A stretch of DNA of 62,172 bases, counting the filler, from Choristocarpus tenellus KU-1152 (lineage: Eukaryota; Protista; Phaeophyceae), in NCBI GenBank assembly GCA_964200185.2. It is 15 parts of 15 records of this genome, joined end to end, with 100 filler letters (N's around TTAATTAATTAA, not from the genome) between each part and the next. Parts side by side here need not be neighbours in the genome. Positions count along the whole stretch, not along the records: positions 11,894 to 15,908 come from CAXNAD020016657.1; positions 16,009 to 18,841 come from CAXNAD020024344.1; positions 18,942 to 25,016 come from CAXNAD020009004.1; positions 25,117 to 28,760 come from CAXNAD020018770.1; 11 more parts are not named here. One strand, 5' to 3'. Each line of letters starts with the position of its first letter. Position 1 is the stretch's first letter. The position numbers and the translations under genes are program-made. The notes under the pieces are model-generated. The model was not told where the DNA came from. It worked only from the letters and a program-made list of their open reading frames with translations, and ran no database searches. This document shows positions 12,941 through 26,201 of the stretch, one piece after another.

Positions 12941-13339
12941 GAATCTGATCTTGACATGCTGAAGGAGGCACTCCAACGGCTGGATGCTGCCATGATGGCC
13001 AACGGCGAGCCCTGGCGTAGGCGAGAGGGGAAGAAGGAAGGTGATCTCGGGGGGGGCAAATACAGCAGCCCCGGTGGCAACAACAGTACCACCCATAGAG
13101 GTGTTGTTGGCGAAGTCAGCACCATTGCCGATACCAGCGTCCAGGGGATGGAAGATAGTGGGACTGAGGGACCGGGGGGGAGACTTGTTGCTGTTGCCAG
13201 TGAGAGCTCAAGCCTCATCTTTGAGATGTTCTACCTGACTGATGAACTCCTGTACTACGCTCTGAAGCACGAGGGCTTTGTGGGGGAATTTGCTCTTCGA
13301 CTGGCAAACTTGGTCTTTTCGGTGGTGTTCAAACACCAG
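12941..13339 (+). CDS. Internal exon of an unidentified protein
   Basis: TTGCAG| 399-nt open phase 0-0 exon |GTGGGA; ESDLDMLKEALQRL...IFEMFYLTDELLYYALKHEGFVGEFALRLANLVFSVVFKHQ. Confidence 0.7.
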
Positions 13340-16008
13340 GTGGGAAGTGGAGGTAGAGTCTTGGGATGCTTGATTGAGGTGGGCGGTGGTAGGATCGTGT
13401 GTGGTGCTTGTTGAACAGACTAGGCAAGTGATGGAAAGATTGTTGCCAGGAAAGTTTTGCCTTGCCCTGTACTTTGATTGAGGTAACACTGATAAGTACT
13501 TTCATGCTCTCTCTACTGTGGTAGTTGTCGTAACTAATGTGTTGGGAGTTTGTACATGTGAGGTGGTCATATCAAGTCAGTCCTTCAGTTGTTGCAGATC
13601 GTGCAATTGATCGAGGTGTTAGCCCTGTGCTTGAGTCAGGACATTAGAGTGTGTGAGTGCTGCAGCACAATACATGTTTCTGTGCTGATGAATTTTCAAG
13701 TGAAGCGTTGGGGAAAGGTAAATCTACACAGGTTGTGTTTCTGTGTGTGTTGTGTGTTTTTTCCCCTAGGCAAAGCTTCTACAATTGTACCTCGGAACTC
13801 TGACTATGTGTCCACTTTGATGTTGAAACATGCAGGTGTTTACAGTGTTCAAACCCTTGGTGGGCGAGGTTTCTAGGGATGCTGCTCCTGTTTTCTTGCG
13901 CAGGTATGACCCTCTGGTGCTTTAGATAACTGCAGGTGTATCTTCAATCAAAACAAAGCGAAACTGAAAAAATGTAAAATGTTCGCCCCTGCCCAAGAGG
14001 ACAGTAAGTCTTGTTTCGGTTTGTCTCGGGTCTTAAGAGGCTTTTCTCAAGTCCTTGCTACCATTGCAATCCCTGTAGTGCAGTATTACACCAGTCTGAG
14101 GGAGATGCTGTCTTCTCTGGTCGTTAATCTTATAAGATTGTTAGAGTTGATCTATTTATGGTGTAGTTAAACTTTTTCTTAAGTTGATCAGTTCTACATA
14201 TAGAGATGCCTTCATACAATTTTTCAAATTTTATGAGAGGTGGGGAGAGGGTGAGCTGCGGGTGGTTCAATGCAGTAAGGATAACCAAAGAGGCAAGAAA
14301 TACACTCACCACATGGGTAAATGAGATGGGCTGAGGTAGCTTAAGTTATTCATATGTACACTGGTTGTAAATTCAGGGGCCATCTGGAATTCCCCCTGAA
14401 AAGCCTTTTTCATCTTCTTACACCATACACAAGCGGTTGAAATTGTGCCATCTTTCCATGAGTCAGGGTTAGTGATAGTGTTGGGCATTCTTCATGCTGA
14501 CTGTTCTACCTTCTAATACCATTCAGTCTTGTCCAAATGGGATATCCCATATATGGGGCTTGATTTGTGGGTACGTTGAAGTAAGTGACATAAAAGGAAT
14601 GTGCAGGAGAATGTTTTACAATAGCCATTGTGTTACTGCCTTAGAGTGAGAACCCATGTTGGAGTATCTTTTATATTATGCATGCTCGGAATGAGGTTGG
14701 ATTTTCACCTGCTCATGGGGGAGAATGAACTGGAAGAGGCTTGACAAGTTCTGTTACGTTAGTTTGATTTCACCACCTTATGTGGTGATCGATTGTATCC
14801 ATATCATAGTGGGTTTTCAAAAGACGTGGTATGGTTAAGAGAATCAAGAGTTTGGAATAATGTGGCACTGATTTGATGCTGCTTGTTGCTGAAACCCATG
14901 GTTGGATGTGATAAGAAGAGTGAAGTGCAAGCAAAGTAGAAGACTTTAAAACGGTATGTCAAGAAAAGCTTGTTTTGAACACTTGTATTGGAACATGGAG
15001 TGGCCTATTAGACTCCAGGAGTTGAAGTACATGTAGTTGTGAACAGTGACAAAAGGACAGAAAACAGAAGAGATACTAGATATATTCTTCTGCAGTGTGT
15101 GTGTTGTGGGTGGGCTTGTTGTCTTGTAGCAGAACGCTTTTCAGTCTTCTTAGGCTGGTTTGAAGCTTAATAATTAATTGCGGTTATATACTAAGCATAG
15201 TTGTCGGCTTTATGTTGATTTGCTTGTGGAAGGAAGTGGTTTTGGTCGGGGCATCTCCTTCCTGTCGATGATGATGCTCATGAAAAGCGTGCAATAGATT
15301 CATGTTGTTTCTGCTTGTGCTTCAATGCGAGTGATGAGTTAGTGTAGGAGAAAGAAGTGTTGGGATTTCGAAGAAGGCAAAAGCTGTGTGCTCTATTTTG
15401 GTGGCCACTGTATGTGGCATATGTAGAGTTAGTTGATTGATCAACTTCCTCAACGGAATCTATCAACGTATGAGAAGATTATTCTCGATTTCTAGATATT
15501 TTAGATATGACACAATACATTGATAACCTCAGTCTAAAGTTCGCCTTCAAGTACAAAACTAGCACTAGATTCTACTCCCCCAATCCCCCTTGCCTTGCAC
15601 TAGCTTTGTAACTTGGTGTTGGTTTATACGACTTGCACCTCTTCAGTCCTGTCCTGTTTCTTACTCTATTTCCCTCCCTTCCCTTAGCATCTCTTCTGTT
15701 TCCCCTCACCCGTCCTCCCCCAACCAATAATATACCCACACCTGCAATTCTTGCTGCAGGTGGGCGGCCCACCTCAACCACTTCCTGGGCTACTTTCCGT
15801 ACACCAAGCCAGCCATCACCCCTCTGGTCGACCTTAGGCGCTCCCTATACCCCTGCTTTTCCCCCCTTCCAGCAGGGGGGGGGGGCAGGAGGAGAGAGGG
15901 TACTACGCNNNNNNNNNNNNNNNNNNNNNNNNNNNNNNNNNNNNNNNNNNNNTTAATTAATTAANNNNNNNNNNNNNNNNNNNNNNNNNNNNNNNNNNNN
16001 NNNNNNNN

Positions 16009-16143
16009 GGTCTACACCAGGGTGTCCATTCGACCCCAAATCAGGAAAAATGCATTTACATTATCCATCGGACGTATGCAACCAAATCATTCCAAAATAA
16101 GCCCAAATGGACAGCCGCCACCCCTCCCCAGATACTTTGAGCC
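16009..16143 (+). mobile_element. MITE family B, partial
   Basis: Ends CCCCAGATACTTTGAGCC; homologous to 59083-59283 and, reversed, to 25117-25182. Confidence 0.75.
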
Positions 16144-16499
16144 TCACGAGGCACCTGTTGGACACTGCCTCCTCCCTCCCTTGAACTGGTAATAATGACT
16201 CAAAACTCTGCAGGAGGATCTGGCGTACTGGTTCAAGGGGTTTGTGTGGAGACCCATGCATTGATCCCTTGTCCTCAACAGCTCTGGTGGCGGGTCAGGA
16301 TTTGCTAAGTGTTACAGGTTATATGTCTTGATGGTTTTATAAACACCATTATGACCTTGAAGTCCTAGTTTTAAATATTTGTACTTCTTAACTATTTACT
16401 TTTTTTTTCCTTTGTACTAGTATTATTGGACTAGTCAATATCATACCCCCAAATGATACATCGTTGCCAGTTCCTTTTATATGATGATATTGATGTGTA

Positions 16500-17130
16500 C
16501 AAAGGGAATATCCATGTGAGAGATCCAGCATACATGACGACTTGTGGATCAGGAGTCCTGTACGTACATCAGTATCTTGTAGGCTTGTGGTCTGGAGCTG
16601 TGCATCCCGTGGAGATAAGCTATGGAACGTGTTGTAACATGGAAACCTACCTTGTCTCTTCAAACTTGAGGGAAAACTTAGCTTACCACATGGAACTGTG
16701 GTCAGTTCCCTGGAATGGTATGGACCCGTCTCCCTCAGCACTTCGCTTCAGTTGGGGGGAAAGGATCTGCGTCGTCACAACTGTGGCTCACCCTTAGCGA
16801 GGAACGGAACTTGTGCATCAATGGGCTGGGCTGGAGTGCATGGCTTCAGTGTTTCTCTTCAATCCCTTGAGGCTAGGCAATAACGCGGATTTCCTTACTG
16901 TGCCCACTGGGTCGCACTAATGACCTGTGCCCTAGACCATACTCATTCCTTCGGTGAATGTCTAGTAGGGCATGCTCAACACCATTTGGGACCTTTACCT
17001 CAAACCGACTTGTTCCCCCAAAGTGTTCCTTAAGGTGGGAGCGCCAGTCTGCACAGAAGGTTAAGGCACATGCCTTTCTAAGGAAAAGAGTCAAGGTGAC
17101 TGGGCGGCACTTTCCTCAGAGCTTAGACAG
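16500..17130 (-). mobile_element. Decayed non-LTR retrotransposon RT remnant (CRE-like)
   Basis: LRKACALTFCADWRSHLKEHFGGTSRFEVKVPNGVEH resembles the QFGVGVPGGVE region of CRE-clade reverse transcriptases. Confidence 0.35.
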
Positions 17131-18209
17131 CCTGAAAGTTTAGACAGCCTGGAAGTAGTGTGGAGCTCCAAAACTCAGGAGGTAAAGAGTGATTGATTGT
17201 TGTGATTGGGCAGCTAGGCCTATATTAGTACATACTACACACAATAGGTCTACTATATCTTTCATACACAATCCTCAAAAATAGGCACGAAGCCCTAAGT
17301 GTTACTTTATTACTGTCTTTTAGTACAGTGCACAAACACTCTAAGTTAAATACATACTTGTGGAAGGCAGGGTTGTTGGTTTGTTTTGGTACCGTTTGTT
17401 TCCGTATGCCATATACTGTTACAGGCGCCCCTCGATGCTCACCTTTCCAGGATGTACTAGTCAAGTCCAATTCGCAGATTATCGAACGTCAGCTGAGCAG
17501 AACAGGGGTACCCTGAATTGATTCAATCAGTATAAAATATATATAAAGTTTTGCATCAGCTTTAAGAGTGTCATGTGTGGGTCTCTCTGTTAGATCTCAG
17601 AACCCTTTCCGACCATTCATTCATGACCCTCTGCAACTACCCGAGTTACAGTTTATTCTGCAACTTTTAGGAAAATCGGAGTTTCCCCTTTTGGGGTTCC
17701 CCACGCGTGTATACTGCTCGCGCCAGTTAAAGCGCGGGAAGAAATACTCGCGCTATTCGCCTGTAACAATACCGTCAAGCTGTTTGAGATTCCTTGTCAG
17801 GAATCATGAATTCCAGTGCAGGATCTTTCATGAGATAATGTTCATGGTATCTCTTTCAAGAGAACAGTCCCACAGGTGGTGGACTTCTCTTCATTCAGAG
17901 ATACCAAGACTAAAGGATTCCTGTTGACGTCACATCCTATCACTTTGATGACCCTCACTCTTCACATGAGATATTCTGCATATTCATTCTGCACACTTGT
18001 GCTCGTTCAACCTTATCCTCGCCCTCTCATTTACAGTTTGCCTTGGTCAATCGAGTCCGTCTTCCCCAGTGATTCTCTTCGCCACTCTTGTCTGAGTGAA
18101 CCACACCGCCACAAAATCACACCATTCACGCTCTATGCTCTAAAACGTTCCTACGAAAAATGCATTGGATTGTTTTCTTACAATAAGTGGTGTTTATCAT
18201 TTTGTTTAT

Positions 18210-18467
18210 GAGCCAAAGTATCTTAGAGGGTAGGGCCGCGTCCATTTGGGGGCCAAAATCCAATGTTGAGACTTGATGTAATTTTGGTTATCGTGTTTGT
18301 TAGGAAGTGTCAATATCCTTGTTCCGGGCGCACCTTTTCACAACGTATACATTTTACCTACCCCGAAAAGTTTTGGAGTAGGAAAATGCCATGAAAAAAA
18401 ACACGAGAAGCGAAGCCCCAAATGGACAAACAGGCCAAAACGTGTACCCTCCAAGATACTTTCACTC
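18210..18467 (+). mobile_element. MITE family A
   Basis: GAGCCAAAGTATCTTAGAGGGTA ... TACCCTCCAAGATACTTTCACTC; TSD TAT/TAT. Confidence 0.9.
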
Positions 18468-18941
18468 TATTATTTGTCCACTCTACCTTGGGACTGTCCC
18501 AGCCCTGACACATAACCACACTGCACACTCCACGACTTTTCACACCAACTATTGACAAATTGTTGCACTATGCGTCATTATACCGCCTGCATATTCCTGC
18601 CCTGCTTATTGAGTGTTGGGGTGTTGGTCAGCACTTTTCATCACTTTTCTCTTCGTCTCCTCGAATCTTCTCTCTGTCCCATTTTAACTGTTAATCTTGA
18701 CCTTGATCTGGTGCCTTGGTATAATACAGGCACATGTGTAAAATGTCAAAGCATAATAATAAAAATACAGGGTGTACACTATGTTGTTGTGTGTCGTGTC
18801 AGGGACAGGTTCCTTTTTGGGATCTCCGACACACACCTTATNNNNNNNNNNNNNNNNNNNNNNNNNNNNNNNNNNNNNNNNNNNNTTAATTAATTAANNN
18901 NNNNNNNNNNNNNNNNNNNNNNNNNNNNNNNNNNNNNNNNN

Positions 18942-19700
18942 TATGTTTGCAAGCATGTCCGACCCTTTGTCTGCCCCAGTTGACACCCCGATAGGCAGAC
19001 AGGAACTGGATTTACCTCAACATAGCAGGACATCCCTGCCACAGGAAGTGACAAGCCAGAACTCCATCGCTGCATCAAGAAGTTGTCTCCAATATGGTGG
19101 CAGCCTTCGCACCGATACTCCAACCTGTTTCGTCCCAAAGCCTCACGCCCATTGACTGTGCTTCGTTGACAAACCAACCTGCTTCTAATCCTGGGAAACA
19201 TGGTACAACGTTCGTTTCGAAGAGGAATGCGCTCACGCCCGTTCGCCCAGCAATACCCGCCACCCAGTCTGTGCCCCGATCCACGTCCTCGATAACCACA
19301 GACATAGCGAGTGATGCAGTGGCTCAAAGAAAATCGAGTAGGTTTCCATCATGCCTTTGGTCGAGAATGCTTCAAGTCTATTGGCCGCAGGTGCAGGTAT
19401 ACCCATGATGACTCCGTAGTACCTAAGGGTTACTTTACATATCTGTCTCAGGATAAGCCAAGTGCCGCCCCAGCGAACGAGTCACATAGGATGGGAGCCT
19501 TGAATGATGCCCTTTTGCACTGCCTCAGCGCGATGCAAGACTTTGAGTTTCCGCCACCATGTACAAGCAGCTCGACCGCTTCTGAAGCTACCGAGTTGCA
19601 TACGACCAACGCCCACAGACAACGAACCAACATGGCCTTCCGCATACCCCACATCAACGACAACAGTAAGTACACCTAGTTGGTCGTATTGCGTCCATTC
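18942..19700 (+). mobile_element. Frameshifted gag-like remnant with a CCCH-type zinc knuckle
   Basis: Overlapping ORFs 19094-19408 and 19311-19679; (G)FHHAFGRECFKSIGRRCRYTH. Confidence 0.35.
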
Positions 19701-20819
19701 TCCACGTTCCAAAACATTTGAAGGGGTTACTTTTGTTGTTGTGTAGATCCAAAGACTTTTTGAGATTGACAGGTGATTTGGTAAGGATAGGAATCAAGAA
19801 ACAGACAGAAAAACGTTTCGTCCAACCAAGAATGTACTCCAGATTTTTGTTTCCTTCACCCACTCATTTTTCAGATGTTGAATTGTTAAGGAGGGAATAT
19901 GTTTATGGTACACAACAAAAATATGAGATATTATTAATTATTGTGTATTTTTTTTGTCTCAAAAGAAACTAACCACACACTCTATTACTTCTCACATACC
20001 AGCTACTGACTTCCTGTTCCACTTCAACTTTACTGCCTCCATTTCTTCCTTCTTTTGACCATCTTGGGTTCAGGACTCTCATTACTCCTTGCACTGTCTC
20101 TTCCTCGAATCTTTTCTGAACCTCCCTACAGTTACCACATTAATCTCCTGTTGTTTTTGTGGTATAGAACCAATAGGAAGATAGCATAGGTAGTGTGTAC
20201 AATATGTTGTGGTTGTTATGTGGAAAAGTAGAATTGAAAACAAATTATTGTATAAAGAAAGAAGTCTGTCTGACTAGGAAGAAACCCAAACCCCTCAATT
20301 CATACAGGTCGCCTTCCCCTTTTCTAATATGAAAGAGGACGCCCAAACCAGTATATACAAGGAAGTACAACCAACCCAACAACAAGATGGGACAGAGTGC
20401 AATATTTTTATTCTACGTTTAAACAATAAAGAATAGTTGAACTACTTGGAGAATTAACGAATATATTCGAACATGGAAAGACTATTATCCCATATAATAC
20501 TCAACAAAGAAGTTTGGATAGAGAGTTTCTTGTGTGGAATGAAAGATATAATGTATAAGGATATTGGAAATATCACATTAATCAATGGAAAGACCTCGAT
20601 AAAAGGAACAATATTATCCCTTGCTTAGATCCAAATTCGTGTGTGTGAAGAGGTTGAGTAGACACCAAGCACAAAGTTGAACCACATACTGCGGGAAATG
20701 GTTAATCAATCGCTTTTTCTCCCTACTTCACAACCACCACGCCATCTATACCAGGAACGCCCGGACCAAAACCACCTATGAATTATCAGAGGAGAACCAT
20801 TATGCCCTCTCTGTGCGTA

Positions 20820-21990
20820 TTAAAATGGAAAATCCTCTTGTGGATTCCCGTTTTTGCCATATGGTGTGTCAAGCACCCTGGTTACTGACTTTGGGGTTTC
20901 CGAAAAATATATCATAAGAATATGAGCCAAAGATTCAAAAAGAATTCGTTATAGACAACGCACCAGATTCAAGCTTCGGGTAGAGGCCTGGGCGCCCGTG
21001 AGAGCTCACTCCTTCTAAAATTGCGTAAGATCTGGGACATATGCTGAGAATTAACCATTCACCAACACCGAGCTAACCCTACCTGATCGAGAATGAGTTT
21101 CACAGAAACCCATCTAAACAATCTGGTGGAGTTGGAGGACGTGGGGGTGACAGAGCATACTCTTCACATCAAACCCACGCTTACTCTTCGGCATGAGAGG
21201 AAGGAGTGGATCTTGCGATTGATTCGATCGATAATCGATCCAATACCTTCCATATGACACACAAACAACTCGATCCATGTAGATGAAGGCCTGATTCTAC
21301 ACCATGCAGCAGCACTGGGAGACAGTGCGAGTTTTTCCCCGCGAGGAATGTCTAGGGTCTACCTCAGACAAGCGAAAAATCCTTAACTCCAATGTGATAC
21401 TAATTGTGGCAACGCACACCCAGGCCCTTCCCACGACTTAGACAGCAAGCTCAGGAATTGGTGTATTTGTGCCATGAGGGTTGTCCTGACATCCACGAAG
21501 TGGAAGGTGGATGAGTAATACCATTTTGATGGGACTATCGACCACGAGTGGTAGCAGAAGTGGTACAAAAAGTTATCGTTGCCCTCAATCCGAATAATTA
21601 TGCCTTGACTGCTCAGCCAGTGTGTGGTGATCTGGCAGGATGGTGCAACCACTCACACGGCACGCCGAGAAAGTCCTCCTTACGCTGGGGGAGATAATGG
21701 ATGGCATATGGTCATTGCGAAACAGCTAGCTCAGTTACCAGACCTCAACATCAACAACTTGGCCTTCTATAGGTCACTAAAAAAGCTGGGTTTTGGGAGT
21801 ATCGTACAGCATTGTTGAGGACCTTGAGCAGGGCGTTTTCGACTGTTATTTAGAACGTATTACCTGCCGCAAAACTTGAAACGGTGTGACACAGTCCGTG
21901 TTTGAGGTGTATAATATGGCCCTTACCCAATGTTTTCGAGGGGTACTAATTCCAGTATTCCATCATGCATGGACATTATGGCATAATAGT
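20820..21990 (+). pseudogene. Tc1/mariner transposase remnant (DD39D, plant-mariner-like)
   Basis: Motifs in order: LPYGVSSTLVTDFGVS (HTH), IHVDE-WFY (~21273-21300), VIWQDGATTH (~21627), QLAQLPDLNINNLAFYRSL (equivalent to QPPNSPDLNVLDLGFF); many stops and frameshifts. Confidence 0.75.
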
Positions 21991-22280
21991 TTTTAAAATC
22001 TTTGGAAAATGACTGATGATCATAGACAAGGCAGCGCGTTCAGTGGCAGATGGATGTCGTAAACCTAGAAGTTAAGACATTCGTTTTCTAATGTAAATGA
22101 TACCAACGATTCGAAAAATAGTATCAGGGTACCTTTCATACTTTTTGCAACCTCTAACAAGTCTTCTGGGTTGGAGGTGGTATCATATTACGCAAGTTCT
22201 CTTCCAAAAGCATGACCGTTTTCATACGGAAATCGAATAGAAAGTTTGCTAGGGCCTCTATAATTTCGTCCCTGTGGTTG

Positions 22281-22653
22281 TGTTGAATTATCCCACACTG
22301 GACCCGCGGCTTTTATGGTGCTTTAAAGAAGGTCAAAGAACAGCTTGATGTGTATGAACAAAGTTAATATTACAAGGGGCTTTAAGGTCTCGATTCCGCT
22401 GACTGAATATGTGGGTTAGACCAGCCTATACAACCATTACTATTCTACAGTGTGGGGTTTGTAATCGTCCACACTATTTTACTATGAATAACTTATTTAC
22501 TTGTCTTAAGTATAGAAAATGTATCTTGAATGTGATATAAAAATCAATCAACACTATGAGTCAGTACATATAATATATCTGTCACTAGCTTTCCATCCTA
22601 TTATCTAATCCACCGGTGGTGTCTACGCGTATCAGCAGCACTATCTACGAACA
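22281..22653 (+). mobile_element. Copia-like LTR followed by a PBS-like site
   Basis: TGTTG...AACA termini, 373 bp, directly followed by GGTTAT; its 3' part is duplicated at 4888-5014. The 5' boundary is inferred. Confidence 0.55.
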
Positions 22654-23647
22654 GGTTATCCCTAGTCTTCAAAACCCAATCTTAATCTTCTCCTTCTCGT
22701 TCTCTGGCTGTCTTGCAAAGTTCCATTTCATATCATCATTGTGCTTGCATCTACCTTCTTATACCATTCTCTGTGCTAACTTGATGGCACCCTCGTCATC
22801 CTCTGACAAGAAGAGTAGATTGGACCTCATACCTCTTAATACCAGGCTCTATACAAGACTCAATCTTCTGGAGGAATATTACCTCCCTACCCAAATCACG
22901 CAGGGACACCTAGTCCTGCTCAGTTGTTGATGATGTATCTGCCTTTTGCGTCGTGGACCACCATGTTACACATCCTCCTTCATACATCACATCACCTTCT
23001 GACACCAACACCCAGTTGCAAGATGACTGTCATATCTGCCGTAGAGTGTAAGGTGTGTGACTGCCTTTCGACCTTGATATTATGTGTGCGACATATATTC
23101 AGGAAAGGGCAATGGTTACAGGCGACGGTCAAAATGGTGGTTTCTTAAACGGTATTGTCAACTTGAATCCCTAGGCGTGTTGGGTTTATAATTCTTGATA
23201 CTCCAGATTATTTGTTATTTGGGCATTGTGAGGCCGTCTACCCCCGTATCTCCTTATGTTTGTATTGTCGATCAAATCATAAAAAAGCAATTGTCAAAGT
23301 TACGTATCCAGCTATATACGCACCACACCTCTTCGTGACCTACCTTAAACATGTGCTATGTTCAACATTTCATTCTGTTTGTATTATCGATCAAACCATA
23401 AAAATGCAATAATCAAAGTGATGGACCCAGCTAAACGCACATCATATCTCTTCGTTGTCCACCTTCAAAATATGCTATTGAGCATTGGGGCCATTACTCC
23501 ATCTCCACTGGGTGTGTGAATACAGTGTTTGTAACATGGAGGTCCTTTTGAGCTCTTTGAAACACAAAAAGCTGGAGTGGACACGCTCTATCCTCTTTGG
23601 TCCCAATCTCTGTGAGTGTATGTATAAATCCTATTTGTGTTTCCTGT

Positions 23648-23929
23648 GAGTCAAAACATCTTAGAGGGTAATGCCGCATCCGTTTGGGGGCCAAAATCCA
23701 ATGTTGCGATTTTGATGGAATTTTGGCTGTGTTCGTTAGAAAGTGTCAATATCCTTGTTCCGGACACGCCTTTCCATAGTTTTATACATGGTGCCTACTC
23801 CAAAACGTATTCAGTTTATCTACATGAAACATTTCGGAGTACGAAAATGTCATAAAAACCCCCCGTGGGAAGTCAAGCCCAAAACGGAAAAACAGGGCAA
23901 ACCTCGTACCCTCTACGATACTTTCACTC
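23648..23929 (+). mobile_element. MITE family A with an expanded hairpin loop
   Basis: TIRs as for other family A copies; TSD TGT/TGT. Confidence 0.9.
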
Positions 23930-24038
23930 TGTATGTGTTTCCTGTTTGAAACGGTGTATTGGCGGATCATCTTCCTCTTAAGATACGGCTTGAAGGCAAG
24001 CTCTCCAGGTTGTGAGGAATGAGTGAAAGGAGGTAATT

Positions 24039-24301
24039 GAGTGAAATTATCTTAGAGGGTACGGGTTTTTCCTTGTTTGTCCATTTGGGGCTTGGCTTCC
24101 CACAGGTATTTAATGACATTTTACCTACTCCAAAATATGTTTTGGAGTAGGTAAGATGTATGCGTTATGAAATGGTGTGTCCGGAACAAGGATATTGACA
24201 TTTCCTATAACAAGCATGATATCCAAAATTTCGACAAAATTGCAACATTGGATTTTGACCCCGAAATGGACGCGGCTCTACCCTCTAAGACAATTTGACT
24301 C
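24039..24301 (-). mobile_element. MITE family A
   Basis: GAGTGAAATTATCTTAGAGGGTA ... TACCCTCTAAGACAATTTGACTC; TAATT on both flanks. Confidence 0.9.
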
Positions 24302-24936
24302 TAATTAGGGGGAGCATGATGAGAGGAGCAAAGTGAGAAAGCGGAAAGGCCGAAGGCTAAGGAGTGGACATCAATGTCGTCAGTGCATGTATTAGAAGAG
24401 GCTATTTAATGAGAAAAGAAGTGGGTGGTACGCCTGTTCCCAAGGTGGAAACCTCCTCCTATCTCGGATCCAGATTGAATATCAAATATGTATACATACA
24501 AGGCGTGTTAGTCTCCACAAAGTGGTATGGCCTTTATGCTTGAAGGTTTAAACGTATTACCAAGAAATTTATATTTCAAGCTTTTCTACTAGGGCGGAGG
24601 AGATACCTCCTTCCTACCAAAAAAAACAAACCCGACCCCCTATTTTATTACTGTGTAATATAGTATTAATGAGATGAAAAGATGTTGGGTACTGTGTAAA
24701 GTAGAAACCACTTTAGACACTTCAATTTCACACTACATGCCTTCGTGTGTAAGGGGTGGAGTATGGATGGGCCTAGAACACCTATATTCTGATATCCTCC
24801 ATCTTTGGTTCAACAATAGTATGATGTTGCTTTTTAAATTCGCAAGCAGGTGTTCGAAGAATATCCGCATGATACTTGTTATGAGTCAAAGTCAAGGTTG
24901 CATTTAACGGATCCAGACAAGTATATCCAAATTTCG

Positions 24937-25016
24937 GGGTCAATGTATCTGGGGGTGGGGGGTGGTTTGTGAGGGGGCGTCCGTTTCGGTCCGGACGCCC
25001 CCTCACAAACCACAGA
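24937..25016 (+). mobile_element. MITE family B end with a perfect 22-bp hairpin
   Basis: GGGTCAATGTATCTGGGGG followed by arms 24962-24983 and 24992-25013. Confidence 0.7.
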
Positions 25017-25533
25017 NNNNNNNNNNNNNNNNNNNNNNNNNNNNNNNNNNNNNNNNNNNNTTAATTAATTAANNNNNNNNNNNNNNNNNNNNNNNNNNNN
25101 NNNNNNNNNNNNNNNNCCTGGTCAGGGCGCAAATGAACACCCTGGTGTAAACCCCCCCCCCCCCCCCAAGATACTTTGAGCCTGACTACCTCTCTCAAGA
25201 TTTTCTGGAATGATCCTAGTTGGTACTTCAGGCAACCGCATCAGGTAATGATCGTGTTGAGATTTGTCTGTTCTGCTTCTTCAAGTACTTCGTTTTGCCC
25301 AGCTTGAGGTTTGAGCTTAGATTATCACTCTGTTGATCGCAGATAGGTAGATATGAACGTGACATATGTTGTTGTTTTCTTTCTCTCAGGGGCCCTTGTT
25401 ATTTGTTGGGGGTCATGCTCTGGTATTGGGGGGAGCTTGCTAACATGCCTGTTAGACTAGTCAAGAGGTTGTCCACCTTGTTCGCGTATGAGTAGACTCT
25501 ATCTTATTTAACATTTTGAGAGTATGGTGATTT

Positions 25534-25796
25534 GAGTCAAAGCTTTTTAGAGGGTAGGGCCGTGTTCGTTTGGTCCGAAATCCATTGTTGCGATTTTGAT
25601 TAATTTTGGCTATCGTGTTTGTTAGGAAGTGTCAATATCCTTGTTCCGGACACACCTTTCACAGTCGTACACATTTTAGGTAACTGTGTTCACACAGAAA
25701 GCCGAAAAAGGACATAAAAACCCGTGGGAAGACAAACTCCGAACGGACAAACAGGAAATAACTCCTATCCTCTTCTTAAATGCTTTGGGTCACTTC
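25534..25796 (+). mobile_element. Degenerate MITE family A
   Basis: GAGTCAAAGCTTTTTAGAGGGTAGGGCCG...GGAAGTGTCAATATCCTTGTTCCGGACAC; right TIR decayed. Confidence 0.75.
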
Positions 25797-25940
25797 GCCC
25801 CTCACTAACTAGTCAATCAAGTCAATGTAGGTCCCTGTGTGAGTGGATACTACAGAGGGAAAATCAATGTGGGAATTCTTTTCTGTTCTTCGTGAAAGAG
25901 ACTACACAGGGGAAAATCCTGATGTAGGAAATTCTCTTTA

Positions 25941-26201
25941 GAGTCAAAGCAAACGAGAGGTACCAAAGTGGCATTTCAAGAATGCTTACAAATAGGTGAA
26001 AATTTCGTTTTTTTTTACAAATGCGTGAAAGATATTTTCTGAATTTCGTAAAAAAAAAAGAATAGAGACATCGACCTTCTCAAAAAGTCAAAAAGTCAAA
26101 CTTAGCACCTTATCCGTAGAAATATGGATGAGCTGTGAAAGATAAAACTGGCTTAACTGCAAAGCGGTCAAAACCTACGTACCCCTCGTTTATTAGCTCT
26201 C
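25941..26201 (+). mobile_element. MITE family D
   Basis: Imperfect TIRs GAGTCAAAGCAAACGAGAGGTAC ... GTACCCCTCGTTTATTAGCTCTC; a related decayed piece lies at ~7440-7624. Confidence 0.55.
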
